DNA of 64,000 nucleotides from a virus. Lineage: Duplodnaviria; Caudoviricetes. A program made the position numbers and the translations under genes. Shown one piece after another: positions 35,385 through 45,443 of the stretch; the first letter of the stretch is position 1; every line of letters starts with the position of its first letter. Below the pieces are notes generated by a model. That model had not been told where the DNA came from. It made no database searches and saw nothing but the letters and a program-made list of their open reading frames with translations. The stretch spans positions 5,218 through 69,217 of IMG/VR virus record IMGVR_UViG_3300033145_002707. The stretch is one strand, 5' to 3'.

Positions 35385-38264
35385 TTGAATAATTTCATGA
35401 ACAGGAATACCATGGCGATCAAACAAGTCAACGAGGGCTTACTAACATGGCTTCACAATCAGGACAATGTTGATTGGGTTCAAGAAGTGAGAAGCAAGAA
35501 TGGTGACAGAAACATGATCATCAAGGAAGGCAGCGAATCAAGTGTTGCTCATAATATGAAATCACCGAGGAATGAGGCAAGGTTGGCTGTCAACAACATG
35601 ATTTTGTACAAAGAAGATGTCAGCATAGTTATTGGATTCGGATTTGGTTACCTCATAAAAGCAATGTTAAACAAGATGGAGAAAGGCCATAAAATCGTTG
35701 TGTTTGAACCAGTAGCAAATATTTTAAGATTTGCTTTAAGCAATTTTGATTTTTCTGAAGCCATAATAAGCAGAAAGCTCATGATAATCCACGAAGGAAA
35801 AGAACAAATCTTATTTGCCATACAAGTGCTGAACGACATGAGTGTTATTCCAAATTGGATATTATCAATAGACAAATACACCATGTTAAAGCCTGAAATA
35901 TATGGTGAGACAATAACAGCAGTTACAGAATATATAAACCAGATCATGTGTAATACTGGTACAATTGCTGGGGCTGCTGGAGCAATTATAGCAGACAACG
36001 ATATAGCATGTATGCCATATGTCATAAGACACAGAGGGGTGGCAGAACTAAAAGACATATACAAAAACAAGCCAGCAATACTTGTAAGCACCGGACCTTC
36101 CTTGTCAAAAAATATACACAACCTTATAGGATTAAAAGACAAAGTCATCATAATAGCTGTAGGACAAGCTCTAAGGGTGCTTCTTGCTTATGATATAGTA
36201 CCTGATTTTATATGTACTGTTGATTTTGGTGAGGTTAACATGGGGCATTTCAAAGGTTTGATGGACAGCGGTGTTCCTCTTGTTACAATAAATCGTACAT
36301 ATGCAGATTTAATAAAAGCTTGGAAAGGACCAAAATTTATCGCTGCCACACCAGTTCCAGGATATGAAGACATGGCTGCTGGAATATTAAAAGGCAAAGG
36401 CTTTTTACAATCTGGTGGTTCAGTAGCACACCTATGCTTTGCTTTGGCAGCTGAATCCCTTGGGTGCTCACCTATAGTCTTTGTTGGCCAAGACCTTGCA
36501 GTCGGAGAAAAATCACACATACCTTTGGCTGATGCAGCTGGAGATGTTAAGGTTGATAATAACGGACATATAGAATGGAAAGTCAAAGACCACAGATGCT
36601 CATTGCATGACGAAGGGAAAAAATATTCAATGGGACCAGCAGTTAGTGTGCCTGGATATTATGGTAAAACAGTTATGACAAATGTAGGCTTAGCTGCATT
36701 CAAGACTGCTTTTGAAGGCATGATAAAACAACACAAAGACAAAGAGATTATAAATGCCACCGAGGGAGGATGCATGATAATTGGTGCTGCACAGCTTCCT
36801 TTGAAAGAAGTAATTGAAAAATATTGCAAAAATAATATAGACAAATCTGTAATTGAGCCTTTGCTATCATGTGCTGATGATGGAGACGAACTCATATCCA
36901 AAGTTGTTCCTCTGCTGAAAGACGACTTGAAAATATTGAAAGAGATAATAGACAATAGTACCAAAGGCTTGAAAAAGTGCAAAAGTATGAAGAACATAGC
37001 TGACAAGCCTGCATATAAAAACATAATGACAAAACAGAGTGAGAAGACAATCAACAGATTTTTACGAGAGGCTAATGATAAATCCAAAGACGACAAAGCT
37101 AAATCAGCTAAGCTATTTTACGAGAAAGCCATAATACATTTTGATGGAACCAAGCTTGGAACAATGCTATCACTGTCTTATAATAACCAGATATATTCTG
37201 AAAAAGCATTTATTGCATCTGCAAAAAATCCACTTGTAAGTGTTGCTATATATGGAGCAAGTAGAGCAATACAAAGTAGAGGGCTAAAGACAGAAGGCAA
37301 GATTGTTCATTTTTTCAAGAATAAAAATGATGCCATGATGCGGCTCAAGAGGAATGATTTTATACTCAATGCAGCCAAAAATGCAGCTGAATCACTGAAT
37401 GGTTCATACAAAAAGACTCTTGACATATTAAAAAAATATGATAAAACCAAAGATGATTCTCTGTTAACATCTTCTAAGGTTGAACCTGTTGATTTATCTG
37501 ATGCTGATGAATACTTCAAGGCTGGCAACTGGGCCCATCCTTTCTTAGATGCTGACAAAGCAATGCTAACACCGCTGTCATCAAAGGAATATAATCATGC
37601 TTTAGCTGTTTATACCAAAGCAATCAACATGAGAGGCAAAGCAATTGAAGAGGCTAAGAAAGCCGAGAAAAAAGATGGAGACAAAATGTCCAAATTAATA
37701 AGGTATAACAAGCTACTTGATGACAGCAAAGAACTTGGAAGAGATGGGTCGTTTGATGAGGCTTTAGAGATGCTGAAAGAAGCAGCAAAACTATTACCAA
37801 AAGAGGTTGAAGCGAGATGGGGTGTAGCCACTGCGCTCCACCACTCAGGAGATTTAGAAGCATCAGCCAAAGCCTATGAAAAATTGGTAAAAGACTTCCC
37901 TAAAAGCAACCGATTCAAATTTGAATATGGACAAGTGCTTCTGTACTTGGATAACATCCAGGAAGGCATGAAACAAATAGGCCAAGCAATGGAAGGCACA
38001 AATGAGTTTGACAGTTTCCAGTCAAAGATTGGTGACATATACAAAGCTGCTGGTATGCACAAAGAGGCCATCATAGCATACAAACCATACCTTCAAAAGT
38101 TCCAGTTTGACTTTGGCGTTTGGATTAAATTTGCAGAGTGTCTGGTTGAAATCAATGAACCTATAAAGGCCAAAAAAGCATTCAGCACAGCCTTAAAATT
38201 AAAGCCAGGCAACAAGCTTGCCAAAGCTGGTATAAAAATGTGTAATACAAAGGCAAGGGATTAA
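35385..38264 (+). CDS. Maf-family (DUF115/MptE-like) nonulosonate transferase with C-terminal TPRs
   Basis: STGPSL, IVPDFICTVD, GGSVAH, IVFVGQDLA, INATEGG; TPRs in the last ~200 aa. Confidence 0.85.
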   Translation: MNNFMNRNTMAIKQVNEGLLTWLHNQDNVDWVQEVRSKNGDRNMIIKEGSESSVAHNMKSPRNEARLAVNNMILYKEDVSIVIGFGFGYLIKAMLNKMEKGHKIVVFEPVANILRFALSNFDFSEAIISRKLMIIHEGKEQILFAIQVLNDMSVIPNWILSIDKYTMLKPEIYGETITAVTEYINQIMCNTGTIAGAAGAIIADNDIACMPYVIRHRGVAELKDIYKNKPAILVSTGPSLSKNIHNLIGLKDKVIIIAVGQALRVLLAYDIVPDFICTVDFGEVNMGHFKGLMDSGVPLVTINRTYADLIKAWKGPKFIAATPVPGYEDMAAGILKGKGFLQSGGSVAHLCFALAAESLGCSPIVFVGQDLAVGEKSHIPLADAAGDVKVDNNGHIEWKVKDHRCSLHDEGKKYSMGPAVSVPGYYGKTVMTNVGLAAFKTAFEGMIKQHKDKEIINATEGGCMIIGAAQLPLKEVIEKYCKNNIDKSVIEPLLSCADDGDELISKVVPLLKDDLKILKEIIDNSTKGLKKCKSMKNIADKPAYKNIMTKQSEKTINRFLREANDKSKDDKAKSAKLFYEKAIIHFDGTKLGTMLSLSYNNQIYSEKAFIASAKNPLVSVAIYGASRAIQSRGLKTEGKIVHFFKNKNDAMMRLKRNDFILNAAKNAAESLNGSYKKTLDILKKYDKTKDDSLLTSSKVEPVDLSDADEYFKAGNWAHPFLDADKAMLTPLSSKEYNHALAVYTKAINMRGKAIEEAKKAEKKDGDKMSKLIRYNKLLDDSKELGRDGSFDEALEMLKEAAKLLPKEVEARWGVATALHHSGDLEASAKAYEKLVKDFPKSNRFKFEYGQVLLYLDNIQEGMKQIGQAMEGTNEFDSFQSKIGDIYKAAGMHKEAIIAYKPYLQKFQFDFGVWIKFAECLVEINEPIKAKKAFSTALKLKPGNKLAKAGIKMCNTKARD

Positions 38265-38318
38265 TATTTTAGCGTGCTCTGTGGTGCTGTTAGGATGCTG
38301 AATAGGCAAATCTTACTA

Positions 38319-38747
38319 TTAGACATATGGGTTAAAAAACCCTTTTATATAAGGCCGACTCCTAAATGGCCTTATTTTAATAAAGGCATTATCCCTTATA
38401 GCATTCTGTCTTGTCAAAGTCCTGCTGCCACCACCAGAAGCACCAATTGAAAGCTCATCGTTGATGATGATTTCAATATGAACAATATCGTTCTTGGCCC
38501 TATTTTCCCAAAATACAATATCACCCATTTTTGGAATCATCACTTCATTGCCTATCCATCTGGCATATAAACCTCTTGCTGGCCAATCACCTTTTCTGGG
38601 AAGAATGCCAATGGATTTTCCACACTCAACAGTCAACCCAGAACAATCAAAACCTGATGGATCATCACCACCCCATGTATAAAATGTACCATGATAGCTC
38701 ATTGCTACTTGAATCATGATGCTTCTTTTTTCTGCTTCATCCATCAT
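38319..38747 (-). CDS. NlpC/P60 peptidoglycan peptidase (endolysin candidate)
   Basis: YTWGG...GFDCSG, GDIVF, HI. Confidence 0.85.
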   Translation of the reverse strand: MMDEAEKRSIMIQVAMSYHGTFYTWGGDDPSGFDCSGLTVECGKSIGILPRKGDWPARGLYARWIGNEVMIPKMGDIVFWENRAKNDIVHIEIIINDELSIGASGGGSRTLTRQNAIRDNAFIKIRPFRSRPYIKGFFNPYV

Positions 38748-39160
38748 CTTATACCCTCCCAGCGTTTTATCTGATTACAAGTACATCTGATAGCTTTTAA
38801 CAACCGTTGGAAATCGATAGGCTTTACAAAATAATCTCTAAAGCCAACTCGTAAACAATCGTCGAGAGAAAACTTGTCTACATAGCCTGTCATCGCAAAA
38901 GCAACAGTCCTGGGCTCCCTGTCAATCATAATAAGAGCAAGTGTTTTCCCATCAATACAACTTCCTGGCATATATAGATCTGTCAAAAGCACTTTGATAT
39001 CTGGATGCTGAGCAGTCAAATGCAATGCCTTTTCAGCATTATTTGCTGTATAATATTTAATATTATTCTGCTCAAGGAACTTAGCAAGCACACACAATAT
39101 ATCTTCATTATCATCTACAACCAATATTGCAAATTTATATGGTGACTTTACTCCCTCCAT
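38744..39160 (-). CDS. Stand-alone response regulator receiver (CheY-like)
   Basis: ILVVDDN, LLTDLYMPG, AMTGY, FVKP. Confidence 0.9.
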   Translation of the reverse strand: MEGVKSPYKFAILVVDDNEDILCVLAKFLEQNNIKYYTANNAEKALHLTAQHPDIKVLLTDLYMPGSCIDGKTLALIMIDREPRTVAFAMTGYVDKFSLDDCLRVGFRDYFVKPIDFQRLLKAIRCTCNQIKRWEGIR

Positions 39161-39431
39161 TGTCTAATCCTTTATGCCCATGATCTTTAAAAGTTGTTTC
39201 AATTCTATTATCAGCGATCACTCTTTGCTTTGTTTCAGATATTATCTCACAATGAAGATTCCCAGACACCAACTTGCAATGGCTGTTTAGATTTTTTATT
39301 TCAGCCTTAACAGTCTCCTTCATATCTTTAATACCTTTGTTGAGCAAAGACCTGAGTGCTCCAAATAAAGCTCCAAAACAAACAACAACTATCGCTGTGA
39401 TAAAAGCAATTGTTTGAATATTCTCTGACAT
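39135..39431 (-). CDS. Holin-like single-TM protein
   Basis: Hydrophobic N-terminus followed by a coiled coil, near the endolysin candidate. Confidence 0.45.
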   Translation of the reverse strand: MSENIQTIAFITAIVVVCFGALFGALRSLLNKGIKDMKETVKAEIKNLNSHCKLVSGNLHCEIISETKQRVIADNRIETTFKDHGHKGLDNGGSKVTI

Positions 39432-39682
39432 CAGACAACCTCTTTATATTTAGCAGGAAGCTCTCCCTTGGCTTTCAAAGAATCAATTGCCAACTGCCGC
39501 ATTTCTTTTGCAATCTTTTCATTATTCACTCGTTGTTTTTCATCAGCAGTTTTCTGTTTCTTAAAGTGATCAGCAAGCTCCTTAGCCATTTCAGGCAAAA
39601 ACTCTTGCCCATCATATTGCGGTCTGGCAAACAAACCAACAATGTTTTTATTCGTATCTCTTTTGATATAATAATTTCTCAT
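39431..39682 (-). CDS. Probable tail fibre assembly chaperone
   Basis: Small ORF immediately after the fibre gene. Confidence 0.5.
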   Translation of the reverse strand: MRNYYIKRDTNKNIVGLFARPQYDGQEFLPEMAKELADHFKKQKTADEKQRVNNEKIAKEMRQLAIDSLKAKGELPAKYKEVV

Positions 39683-39684
39683 AG

Positions 39685-40650
39685 TTAAACATCCTTTCCT
39701 CTTGGGTCTATGTATCCAACTGTACTAATTTTTAATATCACATTAACAGTAGCTCTTGCCCTTATTTGAGTAAAAGTATCAGTGTAAACATGCACTTGAG
39801 TTGTAACATGATGCTGATTAGCATCAGAAGCAACCCCATTATTCCCAATAGGATCTCCTCCTTGTACAGGCAATATATCATCTGCATCTGGACAAGTAAG
39901 GTTTATTGCCCATGAGGTACCAACACTGTTGCCATATACATTAAGTTTTGCCTCTGTTTGTACCCCAGATGGAGTTGATATTGAAAAAACCTGATTAGCT
40001 GCAATACCTATAACAGCATCATGATCATATGGAGGAGCATCCCAATAAAATCTATCTCCGTGCTGTTTAAAACCAATAATATTATTTGCAGCTTCCGTAA
40101 GAACAGAACCAATCCTTCTGTAGACACTATAATCAGTAGCATCAGCAAGCAGATTGGTAGCAATTAAGCTGGTATCATAACCAACATCAACTTTTGTCCC
40201 GTCTGCCGACATAATAATGAAAACATGATACCAAGTGTCTGCAGCAACAACACCAAGACCTGATGGGAAACCACCAGCATTGTTCCCCTCTGCCCAAGCA
40301 ACATCTATCTGTTTAATTATGGCAGAAGAAAGAACTATTGTATTGGAATCTCCGGTATTCCTACACTTGCCAACAGTTATACTAATATCATGGTCAGCGT
40401 CAACTCCACTATTTGACATAACTAATCCATCAATATAGCCACGAGGCATTGGTACCGTTTTAAGCAGTGCTTCATGCAATTGTGCGTTTGTTTCTGTTGC
40501 TGCTGTCTTTAATGTAATGCCTGCTGATTCAATTACATAAGCAATCTCTTCCTGAATAGCATTTAACCAGTCATCATTTACAGTCGTCCCTGGTGGGCCA
40601 TCTGTAAATTTGTCATCAGCAGTTTTGTTTGCTCCTTCTGTTCTGTGCAT
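39685..40650 (-). CDS. Tail fibre protein (Mu gp49-like N-terminus)
   Basis: FTDGPPGT.VNDDWLNAIQEEIAYVI. Confidence 0.8.
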   Translation of the reverse strand: MHRTEGANKTADDKFTDGPPGTTVNDDWLNAIQEEIAYVIESAGITLKTAATETNAQLHEALLKTVPMPRGYIDGLVMSNSGVDADHDISITVGKCRNTGDSNTIVLSSAIIKQIDVAWAEGNNAGGFPSGLGVVAADTWYHVFIIMSADGTKVDVGYDTSLIATNLLADATDYSVYRRIGSVLTEAANNIIGFKQHGDRFYWDAPPYDHDAVIGIAANQVFSISTPSGVQTEAKLNVYGNSVGTSWAINLTCPDADDILPVQGGDPIGNNGVASDANQHHVTTQVHVYTDTFTQIRARATVNVILKISTVGYIDPRGKDV

Positions 40651-40662
40651 ACCATAACCTCC

Positions 40663-41256
40663 TTATGTAGTCATAACACCCCATGCCAATTCGGGCATGA
40701 AACGCCAAATGTTTGTGTCGTTTTCAAGACCAGTGCTTTGCTCAGGTTCAACAATACCTATAGCCATAGCACTTGTTGCCAAAGTACATGTGATACTGCC
40801 TGCTACATCTGATTTGACATAAACAGGCCCACCAATCTCATCAGCAAAACTGGCACTGAAAGCAGACTGATAAACAAGCCCTCGCCTCAGAATGGTTCCA
40901 AACACACTTGCTGTATAGCTTTCAGCAGCTATAGCCAAGACAACAGGTTTAGAAACAACTGAGCCAATTATCCCGCTTGCCAACACCCATTGGCCTGAAG
41001 TGTCCCTCATCAGAAGGTTGCCAAATGAGCAAGCCTCAGAAATAAGTTGAGAATATTCAATCCAGCCTTTGATGCCTTCTGCTGTTATGTACTGTGAATC
41101 TGGCTGGCGCCAGAAGTCGCCAGGGTTAAAAAATTCTGATTCCATAACTGTAACCATGAAATCTCTCAAATCCTGACACGAAACTTGCCCTGTTACGTTA
41201 TCAGCCATCAATGCGAGCAATGCCGTTCTCGTTCTTTGTGTATTAGCCATAATCAA
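40663..41256 (-). CDS. Structural protein sharing an N-terminal module with the long fibre
   Basis: RTRTALLALMADN..GQVSCQDLRDFMV. Confidence 0.65.
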   Translation of the reverse strand: MIMANTQRTRTALLALMADNVTGQVSCQDLRDFMVTVMESEFFNPGDFWRQPDSQYITAEGIKGWIEYSQLISEACSFGNLLMRDTSGQWVLASGIIGSVVSKPVVLAIAAESYTASVFGTILRRGLVYQSAFSASFADEIGGPVYVKSDVAGSITCTLATSAMAIGIVEPEQSTGLENDTNIWRFMPELAWGVMTT

Positions 41257-41335
41257 TCTCCTTTATATTATTTGTTTTTCATTCTTTACTTTCCAAAATT
41301 CACAAACAGTATATATTTCTAAATAGCCAGCCAAT

Positions 41336-44300
41336 TTACCATGTAGACAACGCAGTTCTTTTCCATGTATTTGTTGCTGTACAAACATAAATATAATTTG
41401 TATCGTGTTTAATATCACCTTTAGCACCATCAGCACCAGCAGAAGCGGGTGTACTTTGTGCATTTTGTCTAAATTTATCAGCAGCAAGGATTATCCCAGT
41501 AGCGCCATAGAAAGCATTAACATCTAATGTAGCTATATTAACGCTATTAATCCTAAAATCTAATTTTTGTCCTGTTGGAGCATTCAAATAAGTCGTACCA
41601 GATGCATCTTGCAGTAATGCATAACCAGTACCACCATTTTGATCTACATGAGAAAATCCGGCGTGATCAGCAAATCCCATAGACCCCACATGCGCCCTAC
41701 CTATTACTGCTGAATTATCTGAGTCTGGGTGTACTTCTAATTTTTGAGTTGGTGTATCTGTCCCAATACCCACACATCCACCATCTTTTACAAATATTCC
41801 TAAAGTGCCACTATCATCTCTTAAATATAGTCCACCAGAGTCTCTTGCTCTAACTTCATCTGATAACAGAATAAATCCATTTCCTATCCATACATTACCA
41901 TTAACATCAACACTCAAAGCAGGATCAGGACTTCCATCTGATGCTACTAATTCAGAATGTCTATGAAGTGTATCAGCGATTGAGTTATCTGTAAGAGTTG
42001 TAAGATTTGTTTCAGTAATACTTGCTGTCTGGCGTATGGCTTCCCCATTAGCAGCAGGAGCCTGTAAGCTAACAACCTGATATGTGCCACCCATATTAAT
42101 ATCAGCTTTAGGTGTAGCCACATATTCTTTTACTGCCTGTTCTGTAGGAAGGGCAGCATCACTATTACCAGCAAGAGTACCATCTGTTGAAAATTCTGTT
42201 ATAGCTTGTGCATCTAAAGTAAAACCAGCTTTTGCATAAACAACACCACCTTTACGTAAAGACCACATAACATTAAGCCCAGAATCAACACCAAAAGCAT
42301 GAGCATTTGCTGGATTTAGATCATCACTGCTTTCAATTTTTAAATGGTCTTTGCTCAACCCTAAAACTCTTATTCCCCTTACTGGTGCTGTTGAGCCCGT
42401 ACCATCAACAACAATACCATCCACAAAATCTGCAACTTTAATCCCGTTAGTCCAATCACTGATATCATTAGCTGAATTTATATCAATAGCATAACCTTTT
42501 AAAGATTGTCCGCCACCACGGATAACAACACCATTTCCCTTACCATCTACTGCTGTTAAATTACCTACATTAACCTCAACCCCAATAGCATTCCCAGTAG
42601 ATCCGGCAAGCAATTCAACAAGTGGATTTATTCCCCATATATCAGCACTAGAACCTGGTTCAGCTCTTCCACCAAAATAACCAGCAACACAAAAGGCGTC
42701 ATCTACTCCATTTTTAGCAGAAATTTCCCATACTCCGGTTTGTATTGCAGAATCAACACCTATTCTTGTATCATCAGCAGGCAATACATTTACTCGCCTA
42801 TATGTTCCAGCAGCTATTTTGTTGTTGGTGTTTGTAATATTAGTTAATAAATCCCCCATACCAGTAAAATGTACACCAAGTCCCATCTCTATTGAAAGAG
42901 GATATGAAAGTGTATGTACAAGATTATCATCACACTTATAAGTTCCATTTGGAAAATAGACATCTACTCCACCAGTTGAAGGCAAAGATGCTAACATTTT
43001 ATTAATAGCTATCGAAGCGTTTGTAATTCCATCAGCTACATCATCATCCCACATATGAGGATAAATTGTTCCTTTTGCTGTTGCTCCAAAAACAACAGTA
43101 ATGCTTGGGCCGAATATCTGATATGGGCCAGCTTTAAGTTCACCTTCAATAGTAAGTGTACCAACCCCATCAATTACAGCACCATTTTCAAACACGATTT
43201 TTATATTTTCTGGAGTAGTTTCACTTGTAGTAAGTGTATATGTAGTACTACTGTTACCAATAGTATTTTTTGAATGAATTGTAGCTTTATCAGCACCAAT
43301 AATATCAACAAATGCTTTAATTGTTTTACCATCCCCTGTTACACCTTGATCAGCTTCATTGTGGTCTGGATAGTAGGCATTAGAATCTATATAAGTTTTG
43401 ACTGCTAATTCTGTAGGTACAGCAATATCACTGTTTCCACCAAGTGTTCCGTCGGTTGAGAACTCATTTACTGATGCTCCACTTTTTAATGTTAAGCCAC
43501 CTGTACCAATTGCTGCTTCAGTAACATTTGCTGCCTCAAATGTTATGCTATTACCAGCTTGACTCAATGTTATATTTGTATCAGTCGCAACACCGAATAC
43601 TTGTGTTGCAACTGCAAGATGGATAACCTCTATTGCACCAACACTCATAACCATTGTATCGCCAACTTGTGACATCAACAGCTGTGTATCACCTGTAATA
43701 CCGACTCTTTGTGACAGAGCATTAAAAATAGCTACACTGGTACCATCAGCAGTTACAGCAACTGCTCCACCAACCCCTGCATCAGTAATAGTAATGTTCG
43801 TATCATTGACAACAAGAATACTGTCTGTATTTTGAGTATGTCTTGCATTTGTATTTTCAGTTATACCATCATGGTCATGCAATATGGTATCGCCACCATC
43901 GGTTAGGTCTGTAGCATTTGCATCAGAAATATTATTGACTTCAGAGCCATCTTCTACATTTAAAAGAGATAGGGAAGTTGCTTTTGATAGTACCTCTGGA
44001 ACACCTACTCCTGCTGTATTCCTGCCAAGTAATGAGGCTGTAGCCATATCATTCATTTTGGCAAGTGTAACTTTCTTATCCACAATGGTTTGAGCTCCAT
44101 CTGCTACACTTGTAACATCACCACTATGATTAGGATGGATATATAGATTATAAAGTGTATCAAAATAAGTTTTCAAAAAAGCCTTGACCTGTGTCCAAGT
44201 GCTTGTTACCAGAATATCACCAGCAACACTATTACGATATACCACTTTATCTGCATCTATTGGAGGATTTTTTGTAGCCACTGCAGCGATGTCTGTATCT

Positions 44301-44671
44301 GTGTTTTGAATATGAGCCAACGCAACAGCATTACCAGCATATGTTACAACAGCCTTTTCTGTTGGTACAGCAATATCACTATCTCCAAGCATTGCTCCAT
44401 CGGTTGAGAACTCATCAATACCAGCACCAAGACTTAATGATACCTTCCCAGCAGGACCAACAGATAGCGCTCGGTCTGGAGTGCCATCAGAAGCAGACAG
44501 CTCTGAATGTCTATGCAGATTATCTACCATTGAATCATTCTTTAGTGCTTCTAACGATGGCAACTCAACTGAAACAACGAAATCCCTTAAATCCTGTGCT
44601 GAGATTAGTCCTGATTCATTATCAGCATACATCACCAAAAGCTGAGCTTCAGTCCGTATTGTATCTGCCAT
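41336..44671 (-). CDS. Long tail fibre/tailspike with internal repeats and a beta-helix-like region
   Basis: FSTDG...SD.A.PTE.AV..Y x3, LHRHSEL.ASDG.PD.ALSV x2, AINK...GG..VYFPNGTY. Confidence 0.75.
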   Translation of the reverse strand: MADTIRTEAQLLVMYADNESGLISAQDLRDFVVSVELPSLEALKNDSMVDNLHRHSELSASDGTPDRALSVGPAGKVSLSLGAGIDEFSTDGAMLGDSDIAVPTEKAVVTYAGNAVALAHIQNTDTDIAAVATKNPPIDADKVVYRNSVAGDILVTSTWTQVKAFLKTYFDTLYNLYIHPNHSGDVTSVADGAQTIVDKKVTLAKMNDMATASLLGRNTAGVGVPEVLSKATSLSLLNVEDGSEVNNISDANATDLTDGGDTILHDHDGITENTNARHTQNTDSILVVNDTNITITDAGVGGAVAVTADGTSVAIFNALSQRVGITGDTQLLMSQVGDTMVMSVGAIEVIHLAVATQVFGVATDTNITLSQAGNSITFEAANVTEAAIGTGGLTLKSGASVNEFSTDGTLGGNSDIAVPTELAVKTYIDSNAYYPDHNEADQGVTGDGKTIKAFVDIIGADKATIHSKNTIGNSSTTYTLTTSETTPENIKIVFENGAVIDGVGTLTIEGELKAGPYQIFGPSITVVFGATAKGTIYPHMWDDDVADGITNASIAINKMLASLPSTGGVDVYFPNGTYKCDDNLVHTLSYPLSIEMGLGVHFTGMGDLLTNITNTNNKIAAGTYRRVNVLPADDTRIGVDSAIQTGVWEISAKNGVDDAFCVAGYFGGRAEPGSSADIWGINPLVELLAGSTGNAIGVEVNVGNLTAVDGKGNGVVIRGGGQSLKGYAIDINSANDISDWTNGIKVADFVDGIVVDGTGSTAPVRGIRVLGLSKDHLKIESSDDLNPANAHAFGVDSGLNVMWSLRKGGVVYAKAGFTLDAQAITEFSTDGTLAGNSDAALPTEQAVKEYVATPKADINMGGTYQVVSLQAPAANGEAIRQTASITETNLTTLTDNSIADTLHRHSELVASDGSPDPALSVDVNGNVWIGNGFILLSDEVRARDSGGLYLRDDSGTLGIFVKDGGCVGIGTDTPTQKLEVHPDSDNSAVIGRAHVGSMGFADHAGFSHVDQNGGTGYALLQDASGTTYLNAPTGQKLDFRINSVNIATLDVNAFYGATGIILAADKFRQNAQSTPASAGADGAKGDIKHDTNYIYVCTATNTWKRTALSTW

Positions 44672-44684
44672 AATAAATTATCCT

Positions 44685-45443
44685 TTAACTTGGCTGTTGA
44701 AATCCAACCCCAAAACCACCTGTATCAAAGCAGCCTGTATGTGCTCTATTGAAACAAAAACCAAACCCATTCCCATAACCACCTTCCAAATGTCCTATTT
44801 CATATGAAACAGTAGAATCGAAACTGTCATCAAAACCCATGCCAAAAGCATAGCCAGTATAGTGAAAACTAACTTTTGTATGGCCTGGTTTATATTTATT
44901 GAGTAAACATTCAAGAGGCTCCAGAACAACTATTTTCATCAGTGAATCACCTGCACCACTGGCACCAGCTATAAAATGGATAACATCAGCTGCATAAGAA
45001 ACATTGACTGTCCAATAGAAAATAACCTCTTGATCACCACAAGGATCACCAGCAACACCAGCTCCAGCCCAAAATGGTGCATATTCAGTTATTGTTATTC
45101 TGTACCCAAGAGCTGCAGCCAAATCGATAAAATACTGTTTGTGCTGCTGACCAAGTGTAATCATCTTTGTATGCAGCGCATTCCTTCTTTCAGTCAAAGT
45201 TTCACCAGCTTCAGTACAATCATCAGGCAATCCAAAATCAGCTTCATGCTCATTTATGAGCTCCAATGTTCTTCTGGTATCCCGCTCTTTTATAAGATCA
45301 TCAGAACGAGCATCTACTCTGGCCAATTCTTCAGCTTCACCTTTAAGCACTTGTGTCAACCTGCTATCCTCATGACGTGTCCAGGCTTTACCTTTTGGCA
45401 ACAAGCTTTGTAACAGCCTTAAATAGTTTTTTGAATTATACAT
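44685..45443 (-). CDS. Baseplate wedge YmfQ/DUF2313 (Mu gp48-like)
   Basis: LLPKGKAW, TLTERR, GY.ITITEY, LECLLNKYKPGHT. Confidence 0.85.
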   Translation of the reverse strand: MYNSKNYLRLLQSLLPKGKAWTRHEDSRLTQVLKGEAEELARVDARSDDLIKERDTRRTLELINEHEADFGLPDDCTEAGETLTERRNALHTKMITLGQQHKQYFIDLAAALGYRITITEYAPFWAGAGVAGDPCGDQEVIFYWTVNVSYAADVIHFIAGASGAGDSLMKIVVLEPLECLLNKYKPGHTKVSFHYTGYAFGMGFDDSFDSTVSYEIGHLEGGYGNGFGFCFNRAHTGCFDTGGFGVGFQQPS

